A DNA stretch of 64,000 bases from Yuukianura sp. NJ FZ-2021 (Eukaryota). The stretch's first letter is position 1. Every line of letters starts with the position of its first letter. The notes beneath the pieces were generated by a model. That model did not search any database, was not told where the DNA came from, and was given only the letters and a program-made list of their open reading frames with translations. The DNA is taken from the NCBI GenBank assembly GCA_046563655.1, contig CM102290.1:12400001-12464000 (forward strand), given 5' to 3'. This document shows positions 1 through 12,949 of the stretch, one piece after another. The translations under genes and the position numbers were made by a program.

Positions 1-1621
1 GGTTTAACGCGCGTGCTAAACGAAGGTGATACTAAAACTGACAGGTTACGTTAATCATTAATCAATTAATACAAAATGTTAGCTAAACCAGATTTTAGTT
101 GTAACTGACTTGGCTTAACGCTGCTGGTTCCAGTTCCCTTGTAGTTTCTAAGTTTTCAAAATCCCTGGAAAAATTTAAACTGCATTGCGAGATTAGAACA
201 TCGCGTGATTGGAGTCTAGTATTTATGCAGCTGATGCTGAGCATATCTATTAACTTTACTCCGATTATTAATCATGTTGTACCGTATTGTGTTTTAGTTG
301 TTCAAACCTGTTATTCAAAACAAATAACGCTGAAAGCGGAAATGCTTTCTATTAGTAACGGGAGATACTTTACCCTCAGTCGTTCACTTACGCTTTTACA
401 TGTCACCCTCTTAAGTGCTTATGTTAGGGCAGTTTCCGAAATCACTCGAATTTTAACCATTTTAAATACGTTACGGACGTTACTACTTACTGTATTAACT
501 GCAATTTGCAAAATAAACGAAATTATTTAACAGAGAACGCACGACATTTATCCTGATTTTAGCGGATTTCCTTATTCAGTCGACTTTGTCAGAATTTTTT
601 AGTTGAGCCGCACATGTTTTCAGTGAAAATTTTGAGAAATACTCAGCGATGCAAAATTCAAAAAATAAAATTTTGAACTAAAAGTAGCATAAGAATGTTC
701 AGTTGAAATAAATTTCGTAAAACGACGTTCTCCGACTAACACTTTCATTTTTCTTGAACAAAGTTACATTTTTTCGTATAAGAATCGTAGTAAAATTAGT
801 CCAGCATAATGGATTTCCTTACAAAAGGAATCCTTATAGGAAACAGAAGGAACGCTAGCATAGAAATTAATAACTTTAACAAAATCAACTCTTCGCTTGT
901 ACATTTTTAAACATCAACATTTACAACGTCAAAGGTCACCAGCTAATAAAACTCAAAAAGAAAAACAGTTTCAAAGGACTGACATGGGGCCGTTCCTTGT
1001 CAATTCTAAAACTAGAAATAAAGGAATCAATTGCATTCATCTAAACTGCTCATTGAAACGTTAAAATTGGAGAGGCATCAGAAGGACGCTGCTAATCCTA
1101 AACTGGGCTTCCGGTTATCATGAATTGACTCTCGGTAAGCGCTCAACTCCCAAGGGATTACATGGGGATTATACTTTTTAAATGGACGCTGACCTAATAT
1201 CCTGACACAGCCTCAACGCTGTAAACTCTGTGGTCTGTCTTACACAGTGTACCACTTTTTGAACAACAAAGCTTGTCTCACTATTAATCGCAGTGTTTGC
1301 CTAGATGACACAAGAGTCATTCAGCTCAAACTCAAGCCAGATCAAAAGAAAGGAGCACAAGCTTTTAAAAATCAAAATAGTCATGTCTTCCTACTCTTCG
1401 TCCAAGTTCCAAAGTCCACGTCGCAGTCCGTGTGCTGTTGAAATGTGGCCTTTGTCGTATGTCCTAAAAGCTAAAAACTCTCTTGCAGTTTTATGCCTCA
1501 TCTAAACAATTAAGTTCTAGCTTTGTTCACTTCTGAATCAAAACTCAGTCCATTCTCTATTAGAAGGGTATGGAGCCCTTAAGGGCCCTCCCTCAATACT
1601 GGAACTTCTTGTCTCCTAGGT

Positions 1622-4588
1622 TCAGAACTCAAAGGTGGAGCGAGAGAAGTGGATGGGATGAGAAGGAGAGCGAGCTAGGCGCTTCTTTGGAATCTTCTCT
1701 AGGCTCTTCACGAGGCGACCAAAGTCTGGACGATCTTCGGGTTTAGATGACCAACAAACCATCATGATCTCCTACAAAATCAATCAAAATAGGTTAGATG
1801 CAAATCAAACAGTTTGATTTTAGAGAAGTTAAGTTAGGTCGGAAATTGTCGTCTCACCTTTGCGTCCCTGGAAAAGAGTGTGGGCAGCGGCTGTCGTATG
1901 CCACTTCCGACTTGCCAAATGACAGCTTCAGGCGGAAGTTCTTTGTAGGGCCACTCTCCGCACAGAAGTTCGTACCATACAGTCCCAAAGGCATAAATAT
2001 CCGAGCCCTTAGAGAAAGGCAAGTCACTCTCAAGCTGCTGAGTGGGCGTCAAGCGGAGCATGAGCTCTGGAGCCAAGTAACACAGCCAACCAGGAGGAAT
2101 GCTCAGACAGTCACCCATGCTAACGTACAAGAAAGGTGGAATTAGTTTACCAACGTAACAGAAATTAGACTAAAATTATTGACATTACCTTCCACCATGG
2201 CACAGTTTAGTGACGCTGAAAAGCCCAAAGTCCGTGATTACAACTTTCCCACTTTCGATAAAAACGTTTTTGCTCTTCAAATCTTTGTGGATGATTCCTC
2301 GGGCATGGAGGTATCCCATTCCCTAGCAACAAAACAACAATAAGTTAGTGACAAGTTGGGAGTCATTTTTTTTTAAATTGTAAATTGTAAAAAGTTACCT
2401 GTGAAATCTGTTGTGCGATGAGAACAGTTTTGTTCATGTTGAACTTGTCACGTCTTAGGTGAAGGTGTGTGTAAAGAGAGAGGCCTTTGCACAGGGATGT
2501 TACGATTGCAAGTCGAGGTGGTTTCATGCAGGCACCCATAAACAATATGAGGTTCTCGTGCCGCGTTTTCCGAAAGATTGCCACTTCTTGCTTGAAATTA
2601 TCCAGAATCTTTCCGTTGTCCAAGTACTTTTGATCCAAAACTTTGACGGCGACATCTCCATGCCAGTTTCCTCGGTAAACTGTCCCAAAGTGCCCAACAC
2701 CAATGACTTCTTCAAGTTTTAACTCGTCGAACGGAATCTCCCACTCTCGATTTGACAACTACAAAAAGTTAAACCGCAGCATTAAGTCATATCTAAATAT
2801 ATGAATCCGGATAAAACTGTACAGTATTGGCCAAGTACAAGTACTGCCAAGCATATTATTGCTACTAGCAGCAAGTTCTGGACTTACGGAATTTTGTCTG
2901 GGGGAACTCCGATCCACTGCATCCAAGTCTGATTCTGATACTTGACTGTCTTGACTATCAACACGAAGTGCAATTGTCTTTTCAGAGTCGGGGCTACCGG
3001 AGCCCGAAGTCTGGGAAACGGTTCGGTCAGAATCATTTGAAGCCTGTGTGCTAATCATATCACTACTACCAACGGAATCAACCATACTCCTACCATCCGT
3101 TTGGAAATCTCCACCCATCGGAGTAACATCTAAAACGAAAAAAATAACAAAATAATTACAACAACCAACTAATCGATTACATAATATTTAACAAAGGCGT
3201 TCAAAGTTTAAATGTGACTGGGAACTTACCTGGAAAGCTAAATAACTGTGTTTGTGCGGATGCTGAGGCTGGAGTGGGAAGAGCAGCGGCAGCGGGGGCA
3301 GCAAAGAGTGCAGGGCTGGAGCGGGTGGAACTATTACAACTCGATGTATTGGAACTGGAATCAGGGCCCTAAGAAATGTTCAAACGAAATGAGATCTCTG
3401 ATCCTTATTCAAAATGATTGAAATTAAACACAATTTGGTGACAGTGGTCGCGTCATTTTGGCTTACCGGAAATTGTATTGAGATATTCTGAGGTGGACGC
3501 GTTACTTTTCGTAGACGACCCGTATTCAATGGAGAATTGCGATTTGACATCGGTGACTCCACGCCACCTGAAACCACATACATAGTATCAGTTAATTGAA
3601 TGCTTTGACTGTTTTCAAATGTTGCAGCGATTCAAAATCCTTACCTTCCTGCAAGGATTTAACAAAGACGTCGATCAATGCGGCTGGAAGACCACAACTG
3701 GGTGGGACTTTAGGTTCGCAGTCTCGATGGCACTTGAATTTGCATTCTTTGCACTTGACGCCGTAGATCATTTGCTTGAAGCAGTAGTCACAGGTAGCAA
3801 CTTTGAATATCTTGGAGAAACGGTGAGATATCATGTGACCCATGGATCGAGCCACGGTGGGGGTTCTAGGTGACCGTGGAACCTGCAGAGTCGTACCTGG
3901 AAAACGATTAAGGTTCGAAATCAACCAATCAGTATTCCTGTAAACTGTTGAACGAATTCTTAAAAAATGTAAAGTTAACTCACCTCTATGAGACGCATCA
4001 ACATCGTCAATTTCAGAGTGGGCATTGGAAAGTGGTGATTTGACTGGACTTGACGATAACGAAGATCCCCCTCCAAAATCTGCAAATGACGACATACTGG
4101 CCGTTGCATCCCAGGCTGAAGTTGAGCTAACCCCAATGCCTGAATCTGGTGCTCGATGATCTCGACGTCTCATGTCGTGTCCCGCACTGGTGCCTGAATG
4201 CGTATTGACAAATGGTGACTTGACAGGACTGGAAGTGAGGGACGAACCCCCAAACTCTGCAAAGGATGACATGCTGGATGAAGTGTCCCATGTCGAAGTT
4301 CTAACTGCAACTATTGAAGCGAGTCCAGGCTCTGTTGGCAGGCGCTCCCGACGTTTCGGTGCTAGCTGCTCCAAGCTACACAACAAAACCAAATCACAGC
4401 TTAATTTAAGCTCGTTAATCTTAGTAGTCTTATTCTAAATATACTTTCTAAGCTAGTACTTAGCAGTACCTGATTGCCCGCGTCCACTTGTTTGATCTGC
4501 TGTCTTGATAATCCATTATCGAAAACTTGTTTATACAGACTGGTGGCATTTTCCCATTTCTCTTGCATAGTGGACTGTCCTTCACCAT
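1622..4588 (-). CDS. ksr: Kinase suppressor of Ras (KSR2-like) scaffold/pseudokinase, multi-exon
   Basis: C1 zinc finger ([44 protein letters not shown]), Ser-rich [12 protein letters not shown] segment, FSFP ERK-docking motif (~3230-3243), Raf-like kinase domain ([66 protein letters not shown]) and KSR-type tail [16 protein letters not shown]; stop at 1622-1624. Start at 4588 inferred from splice phase and an upstream in-frame stop; 5' end less certain than the identity. Confidence 0.92.
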
Positions 4589-7085
4589 TTGTTCCGTCTA
4601 ATACGGCTAATGAGTATCCTTGGAAGCCATGTACTACCTTAAGTACTTCTTGTCAATCGTACTTGCAAAATTGTACGCCGAAGATCTCCAAAGGTCAAGG
4701 ATGAGGTAATGGCGAAGCAGTTTGAAGGCAGAGATGTGGTAGTGCCCTATTCCAACGTTCGACTGCACTTTCTCCAAAACATACTGGCTAGTTAGGTACA
4801 ACGACAATTGAATGGTCAACAGCGAACTTCTAATTGACAAGATGATTAAAAATTGGTTGAGTAAAACCCACTTCAATTTACAAACTTCAGTCCAGTCACC
4901 AAATCCTTTGGGCTGGAACTGAATTTTAACATATGAGGAAATGGAATCCAGGAATTTAGTATGCAGCTATGGGCATCACAATAAAAAACACTCAAAAGAA
5001 TCATGTTTTGTTTTAACTTTCTTATTTCTGGGAGAGTAACGTACGTAAACGCAAGGTGATTATTCTTAACAAACTGACCATAATCAGACAGGTCGTGACC
5101 TTTACGTTAAATTTCAACTTCAAACGTTTCGTTTACGATGCCCATGTTGTTACATGGAGAACGGACATTGACTGGATGTATTTTCGTGGAATTGTCAAAG
5201 GGCAAAAGACGAAGTTGAGGAGAAAATAACCTCCCGCGCCGAGCTCCCTTTCACTGGCTTTCTAATATTCCGTTGCAAAGAGGTGTTGTTTACTCCATGT
5301 TTGTTTACATAAACGATTTTTAACACAAACCCGAACACCAATTTTAACATAAACGCGTTTTCGGACAATGGTTTTCGATGTAATGAGGTGAAGTCTTACG
5401 TTTTGTTAAACATGTTTTCCGATTCAATGAAGCTTAGTATTAAGTTTTTTTTAAAGAGGTCATCCATACTTGTAAAATACTTAAGCTTTAAGTATAAGTT
5501 GCACTACTACCTACTTGTTTATTCATTTCAAGTACGATACTGCAGGTAGTTGCTAGAAATAACTCAATTGGTTCCATTTATCGGTTTTAGTACTGACGGA
5601 TTTTATTAAAAACCAAGTAAATAAGCCATTTCCGTCTTAAGTTATCTTAGCGTCTTTGGTTTTTTTAAAAGTTTTTTTTTCAGTTTTGCATTCTGAGAGT
5701 GATAAAAAACGAAACTTTAGAAAATGGTATTTACCAGACGGAATTTCGATCCGTCCGAATGCGGAACCTAACCCTGTCAGTGTTGGCTCTTGTGTCTGTC
5801 GACTTTTGGAATTCTACGGGGAGTTGCATGGAATTTGAAGTGACTCTGCTCCGCTATGGGGCTGTTCCTGGAAGGTCGACGAGTAATTGAACTTTTCATT
5901 TGGAGAAAGGACTTTGGGAAACCGGAGAAAGTCTTACATGGAAAATGAATTACTGGGAAAGCATTAGACACAGAGGATAGGAAAACATAGCATGTACAAA
6001 GTGTACGCAGCATTCCTCGTCATATGTTGCTTCATTTGACCTCGGCGTGTCCCTTGACCTTTGGCTTTTAGTATGTTTACTTAGCCTTATGTTTACTATG
6101 CTCCTTTGTTCTGTTCTCCATCATGGCCATAATCTGACCTGTCATTTGTCATTTCTTTTGCAAATGTAATAAATCTTTGTTGGATTTGTTGAAAGATCAA
6201 TGTCAAAATGAGCCTGACGACTCAATGTCGCCGTTCAATAAAACCATGCCTTTTTTGTTACGCTGCTGAACGTCTATTTTAACATTCATGTTCCAGTTAG
6301 CCAATTAATGTCCGTCCAGAAAACATAAACAAAAGAGACGAAATTGAGAAGCTCTTGGATGAAAAGATTGTGAAAAATATTAAAGTACGTGGTGTAATGG
6401 CGGAATTTTTTTTAGACAAACAGAACGGGTTGACAAGCGTAGTAAAGCCCTTGGGTGGCCTCAGCAATAATGATTTTTATAGCATTTGTAAATGTTTACA
6501 GAGTTTTGCACAGAAAATCTTCAGTATAATTGCAACATTTGCGAATTTTGTTTTTTGAAAATGACAAATCATCATTTCCCGAATTTAAGTAGTAGACATA
6601 AACAACGCTGTGATGATATGTAGCAGTGGATTTAAATTCACGCTGGAAATGTGGTGCCTTTCAGCTTACCTCAGTTAATAATTTCAAATAAAAATAAAAC
6701 TAATAATTTTCGAAAATGTCAAACACATTCGAAAATTTTAAAATTTAAAGGTCACATAGGGCTACATGATTTTTTTCTTCTATGAAATAAATTGAAAATA
6801 ATATTTAATGTTGAGTGGAAAAAAAATAGTTTTAATGTTCGGTATCCCCATAATTTTTTTTGAGGTTTCGTATTAGGTTGAAGTGAAAAAATTTGTCAGT
6901 GGAAATTTGCTAATTAGTAATTCAGAGCGTGCGGATTCTTTTTAAAACTCATGCGAACTTTAATTACTGCGGTTTAATTTATTTTGTTCCTTGATTCGCC
7001 TCCATAATGAAATCGCGCTTAGAATCACATTAGTTTATCACATCACAAAGCGTCACTCAAAACCTTAAAACTTTGCACAATTACA

Positions 7086-9899
7086 ATGATTTCGATTTCT
7101 GTTTTTCTAAGTTTTTTTCTGATTACATTTTCGTCACGTGCCGGTGCTAAAATTCATATAAATGTAAGACAGTTAATTCTGAAATATTAAAATTTGAACG
7201 AAAAATTAAATTTTAAGTTAATTTTGAAATATTAAAATTTGTAACGAAAAATTAAATTTTAAGTTCATTTTGAAATTATTAAAATTTGAACGAAAAATTT
7301 AATGTAACATTACCTTTTTTTTTATAAAAAGGAAACAGATTTCATTCTAATTGGAAATAAAACAAACTTGGAAATTTTGAATCTAAAGCCTCAACAGCAC
7401 AGAGTCAACGGAGAATGTACTTTGATCAACGCCAAATTCGAATTTGTACAGTTGCGCAGAAGTGACATAATGGAGTTTCTGAGCAACTGTTATAATCTGA
7501 CCTCTTTGAAATTGAACAACGTGACCTGGGAGTACAGCAAAGGTCAAAAGCTTCCACGCATTCATCTTCCCGCCCTGAAAATTTTTCAATTTGAACCAAT
7601 CATTGACGGAACAGCGACATGGACAGACTCCGACATAATCTCCGCAGTTTTCTTCTATACAAACAGCACTGGAGATCAGACAGGCTTGGAACCGTTGCAA
7701 GATTTACATGTGCTGATGTCTATTAAACTTGGACGAGATGGCTACCTGAAGATTGAAGACAAAACGTTAATGGTCAACAGAGTCCGGAACCAAAAAATGT
7801 GGACCATGCTGTACAAGATTTGGACAAAATTTGACAAATTTCTATCAGAACGGAGTGTGCTGGACGTTACTATGCTAAATCTGGAATCAATGAAGCAAAT
7901 CACATCAAAATGGGACCATCTTGGAGACGGCACCATGGCACAACTAATCACGTCGGCCAAGACTGCCGAAACTATGACACTCTATTCCTGGGAAGACGAA
8001 GCCATCGACATGTCTCTTCTTCCAGCCAAGTCCCTGGTCAAACTTGAAGTGAAGGATTTGAGTTTCCGCTGGACATCACATGACCCCACAGGTCACGTAT
8101 TTCCAAATTTGGTAATACTGGACATATCCTATGGCGATATTGACGTTAAACTCTTTACGGCTCCAAAGCTCGAAGTTTTCTACATCGATAATTCATACCT
8201 ATGGAACTGCAGTATGACCGACATTTTCAAAACAATGCCAAAGATAACATCTTTCTTCTTTGGCTGCCAATTTTTTGAAGGAACTTGTCCTGTACTGGAT
8301 TTGAACATTTTTTCAAACACGTCTGTGAACTACTTCGGCACCGAAAATGTAGCATTACATGGAAATAATGTGACTAATCCTCTGAAATCTCTGGAAACGT
8401 TGGACCTACTTCAGGCTCAGGTTGACGAATCCGTTTTTCAGAGGTTTAGTGAAATCTTTCCGAATGTGTGGGACGTTGGAGTGGAAATTGAGGACGCCAT
8501 TTCTGGATCCTTTCTGCAAGACATTGTCAATACAAATATAACTTTACTGTATGTTCACATTCACCCCGCAACACGCCAGCACATTATTGCCAAGTTTATT
8601 CATTTGGTCGAAACGCACATGAGCGTCACCCTTTTGCCGAACGTATTGGAAGGCGTAAAGTACATCACTTTCAATAGATCTCGTGTTGGATCTGCATTTA
8701 GCGACTTTATCTACAAGGAAGGAAACATTGACCAGCGCTGGTCGTACAAGGAACGACGAATTGACGATTTGCTGCGAGAACATGGATTTTCCAAGCAAGA
8801 TTTAACACAGGAAGTGCTCGACAGGATATATTACACATATACTATATTCGTTTTTACCGTATGTTCTCTCGGTATTCCATGCAACTGCTTAAGCATTCTC
8901 GTGCTCATGCGCAGATCCATGCGTAGCTCAACGAGTTATCTCCTGCTGTGCTTGGCTACGAGTGACTTGCTCTACTTACTCACGTCGCTTTCAACGGCTG
9001 AAGAATTTCGTAATCTGTTCAGAATTAAACTTCAACGGTCGCTGTTCAACGGATACTTTGCATATCCACTCAACATCACAAGTAAGATCAATTTTTCAAA
9101 AAATTTGAAGTTTGCTTTCACTTTTTGAAAGAAAATTTTCAATTTTACTTTTATTTTATTTTTTCAGTGTACACCGCTTCCGTGTACATGACAGTTCTGA
9201 TCACTCTAGAAAGATTTGTTGCCATTTCGAAACCGCTGCAAGTATCGTTAATTTTCACTGTGAAAAAAACCGTGCGCTACGCCATGCTCGTTTTTGCGTT
9301 TTCCATTTTCGTCAACGTGACACGGTGGCTGGAATTTGTAAAATGGGACTATGAAGCGTCATCCCCACTTTGGAGTTCCCATTACCCGCGTCAACTACAC
9401 AGATTCCCGGAATATCAACTTTTTTACCAACAAGTTATCTGGAATGTCTTCATTTATGCAGTTCCGCTCGTTGCAATTGCAATCCTCAACCTCATGATCA
9501 TTTCAGAAGTATCTAAACAAAATAATTTTTGATTGCAATTTTTTAAAATTATTTTTCACGCTAATTTTTTTGTTCATTGTTTAGGTAAAAAAATCGGTTA
9601 AAATGAGACGTACAAACACCGCCGTTTCACAGCAGCAGCAACCGCAAGACAATTCTCTGACCAGGATGTTGCTGATGGTTGTATTCATCTTCTTTGTGTG
9701 CAACTCTTCCAGTGCAACCATCCACTGGATTTTTACTTCCAAAGAAATTGAGCCAGAGGTCACTGAAGCATTTGCTTGTTTGCCAATCCTTGTCAACTGT
9801 TCAGTCAACTTTATCCTGTACTACTTCATGGGCACGAAGTTTCGAAAAGAGTTCAAGGTCATGTGGAGGTCAACATTCAAATGTTTTAACGGAAAATAA
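7086..9899 (+). CDS. Class A GPCR, FMRFamide-receptor-like 7TM, with signal peptide and ~480-aa LRR-like ectodomain (about 827 aa)
   Basis: Exons 7086-7163, 7332-9081, 9168-9508, 9585-9899 join in frame with GT-AG sites. N-terminus MISISVFLSFFLITFSSRAGA looks like a signal peptide. 7TM motifs: GIPCNCLSILVL, LATSDLLYL, YTASVYMTVLITLERFVAI, YAVPLVAIAILN, NCSVNFILYYFMGTKFR. Confidence 0.85.
7173..7300. repeat. ~45-bp AT-rich tandem repeat, about 3 copies, in GPCR intron 1
   Basis: ttaattytgaaatattaaaatttgaacgaaaaattaaattttaag repeated with small indels. Confidence 0.8.
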
Positions 9900-10512
9900 G
9901 GATTCCACTTTGGTAATCTTTAGTAACTTTAGTGATGGATTTAATTTGTAAATCAAGATTGATAGTTCAACTGGTTCATGGAACCTAAGGTATTAATTAA
10001 ATAGCAGTTCCTATGTAATTGCACAGTGCAGCAGCACTTGGTTACAACGGATGCAACTTTGCGTTACGTCAACCTTTAAATACCACTGTTATACATTCAA
10101 AATGTTTTTTTTAACATTCAAATGTGTAAAAATGTGTAAAATGTGCAAATGTGTAAAAACATACAAAATGTTTTTTTTTTTTTGGATAATGTCCACATGT
10201 ACTACATCAGCTGTTGAGAATCCTTACTTTTTAGGGAACAATCCCAACCCAACGTTAAATCAATTGATGAACAAATCACCAGATATTTTGGTGCTGGATG
10301 TCAGATCCAAGTTCGGCATTTATAGCATTAGAACCAGCACGGGTCGTAAATCAAAGGAAGTCCGGACCGCTGTCGTGGTGGTGACACTCTGACACTGTAA
10401 CAAAAAGTAAACTCATTAATAAATTGGCTAATGTAAGATTATCGCTTAATTTCTTCAATTATTGCAATTTTTGAAAATCTTTCAGACTTGTCGTTCTTTC
10501 ACGTAATTCAAC

Positions 10513-12526
10513 ATGTCCAAGGACGGACTGGCCGCAGGATTAAATCGGAAGAAATCGAAATTACGAGATGGCATTTGTATTCTCACATCAGCCACGAAGG
10601 ATGACGAGGATTCCGTGGATTTAACTTATAGAAAGGCAAAAGTCGCTGTTATTCAATGTCAACGTAACAAAGCTGTACTTAAAAAGGTCAATCTACTGTC
10701 AACCGAAGATGCCAAGACACTGATCACAATGCAAGCGATATCTGGTACGTTCTACAGGAACAAATCAAACGAGAATGTTTGATCTGTTCCACAAGCACAG
10801 TGATGGACGTTGTTAGCTATTACGGCACACATGATAAACATTTCTTGAACTTGAAGTGTTCTTGTTTGTTTTTTAGAAGTAGAAGGCCATCTACAAATTC
10901 AGATCCTTGTGTCGACAGATATGCTGGAAAATCCCAGTCAACATTTGGTTTGCGGAGAGCCGGGCTGTGACAAGATAATTCGCAGGAACTCGTCATGGGT
11001 AAAACATTTTCAAACTCATCTGCCAGTGGAAAAGGAACAGACTCAGAGTACTCTGTTTCTGTGCGGAGTACTGAAATGCAGTGCTGCCATTAGGGGAGTT
11101 AACAAGAACAGGCTTGTCGTATCATTCCCAACTATTCAAGGATTAAGACAGGTAACTAATGTACAAGATTATTGACCCATTTACACGGTCATTGGAAGGT
11201 ATTAAGAATCGGACGTGGTTTTGCAGCATTACCGAAAGTGCCACGCGAGTAAGAAGTTGCCATGTGCCTTATGCAAGAAGACTTTCTCAACACATTCTTA
11301 CTTGAAGGATCACGAAGCTGCATGCGGAATTCGGTTTCAGTGTGACAGTTGCCCGAAGACGTTCGATTCCTTGGAGACATTAAGGACTCATGCTCGGCGA
11401 CGTTCGCATGACGTTGATATCAAGCACTACAAAGATTTAATTCAGTAACGTTGCTTACAATTTCTTTGATCATATTTTTGCATTACTCGAAGCCACAAGG
11501 TATAAGTCCCTATATTTTCAAACTTTAAACCTGTTTTGTAGGGAACGTAAAACCAAGAAGAAGACTGAGAAGGAAGTATTTAACACTTCAGAAGATGATG
11601 ACGCCACGGATAATGCCGGTAATGAGAAACCGATGCTGACATGTACATGTACATGTACAACGGACAGCACCAAGTCCAAAAGATCTCTTCCTCGATTTGT
11701 CCCGATCCTACCCCGGGCACCTCCGGCTCTTGTGGAATCTCAGAATCGACCAAAGACTTCCAAAACTCGAACTCGCTCTAAAGGCCCGATTCAAGTTCAA
11801 ATTGGGACTCAGACTGTACCGCAACTTGTTAGAAAACGTTCAGCCTCTCGTCACTGTCAAACGGAAAACAAAATTACGAAAACTACTGGTACCATTACAG
11901 TTCCAACGCACGAGCACTCTCAATCACCTAAAAAGCGCAAGACTTCTGCTCAAACACAGACTAAAAAACTGAAAATCTCCACCGAAACTCAAACTCCAGT
12001 TGTAACTAAACGTCAGATCTCAAATAGAAGACGTGAACTGTCCAGTACAACGACACAAACCAGTCCAAGCAAGGACATAAGCCAACTACACTACGCTTCT
12101 AGTCGAAAAGAAGTTCCAAGACTCTTTCCCAAAGCAATGATGTCCATGCTTGATGAAGGGCTAATGAGCGAAGTTCATATTGAGACTCAAACGGATCCGA
12201 ATCCATTCTTCGGTTATCCCGGTTCGTCATCTCAGCCGCATGATACCCAACTATCGGATGATTCCGAAGAGGAACTGGGCGAAGAAGGTGCGAAAACAAT
12301 TGAAACTCAAACGTCTCCTAGACGACGAGCACCATCCGACTGGGGTCCGAAAATGTCCCGTCCACAGTTCAGTTTCGGTTTTCCTCTGGCGGCTGAATCG
12401 AGTCAACGTGAAGATTCGGTCGTGTCTCCTACACTGCCCAACTCTCCTTTGGCCTTGGGGAGTTACTACTTTGAAACAATGGACAGCGAAACACAAACTA
12501 ACTTCCACTTCTTCGATGATGATTGA
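10513..12526 (+). CDS. ATMIN: ATM interactor / ASCIZ-like C2H2 zinc-finger transcription factor with LC8-binding TQT motifs
   Basis: Exons 10513-10744, 10877-11151, 11227-11444, 11542-12526 in frame. Zinc fingers (CGEPGC...HFQTH, CGVLKC...QHYRKCH, CALCKK...HEAAC, CDSCPK...HARRRSH) followed by a disordered tail with seven TQT motifs plus one CQT, ending DSETQTNFHFFDDD. Confidence 0.88.
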
Positions 12527-12560
12527 TCAAGTTACAATTACTCACGATTGATTAACCTAC

Positions 12561-12654
12561 TAAAGTCAGGCCGTTTTCTCAATCCGACGTTTTGTGTGGA
12601 GGAGATCCATCTCTATCATACAAAACTTCGGATTGAGAAAACGGCCCGACTATA
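12561..12654. repeat. Near-perfect ~94-bp palindrome (fold-back MITE or hairpin) between convergent ATMIN and NSD 3' ends
   Basis: agtcaggccgttttctcaatccgacgttttgt...acaaaacttcggattgagaaaacggcccgact; arms pair almost to the centre (gagat-cc-atctc). Confidence 0.85.
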
Positions 12655-12949
12655 AATTAAGGCAGCAATGGGTTAAAGTACAGGTCAATGATAAAATTAC
12701 CTTATGTTTAATGTACTAGATACACAAAATATGTGGAACAAGGTGTTTTATCTCCTTGCCAAATATTGATTTGGAATACTGCAATTATTCCTGGAACTAA
12801 TTTTCTTGAAAACCCTAACCTTCACAATTATTTTTTGTATGTAATTCACCAGTAATAGAATGAGTAGTAAATATAGGCCAAGTGCTTAATTGGTAATTAT
12901 TAGTTGTACTGAATATGTAAATGCTTCCTGTAAACACGTAGAAACTTAC

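Noticed and set aside
225..1505. Short + strand ORFs at the window start
   Set aside because: AT-rich, no motifs; likely KSR 3' UTR or intergenic sequence.
2363..2758. Assignment of the kinase to Raf, or treating the VAVK lysine as unusual
   Set aside because: [16 protein letters not shown] and the RSPSHP tail indicate KSR, and invertebrate KSRs normally retain this lysine.
5656..6013. Exon-like segment between KSR and the GPCR
   Set aside because: All frames are interrupted by stops and nothing is recognisable; cannot support a gene or pseudogene call.
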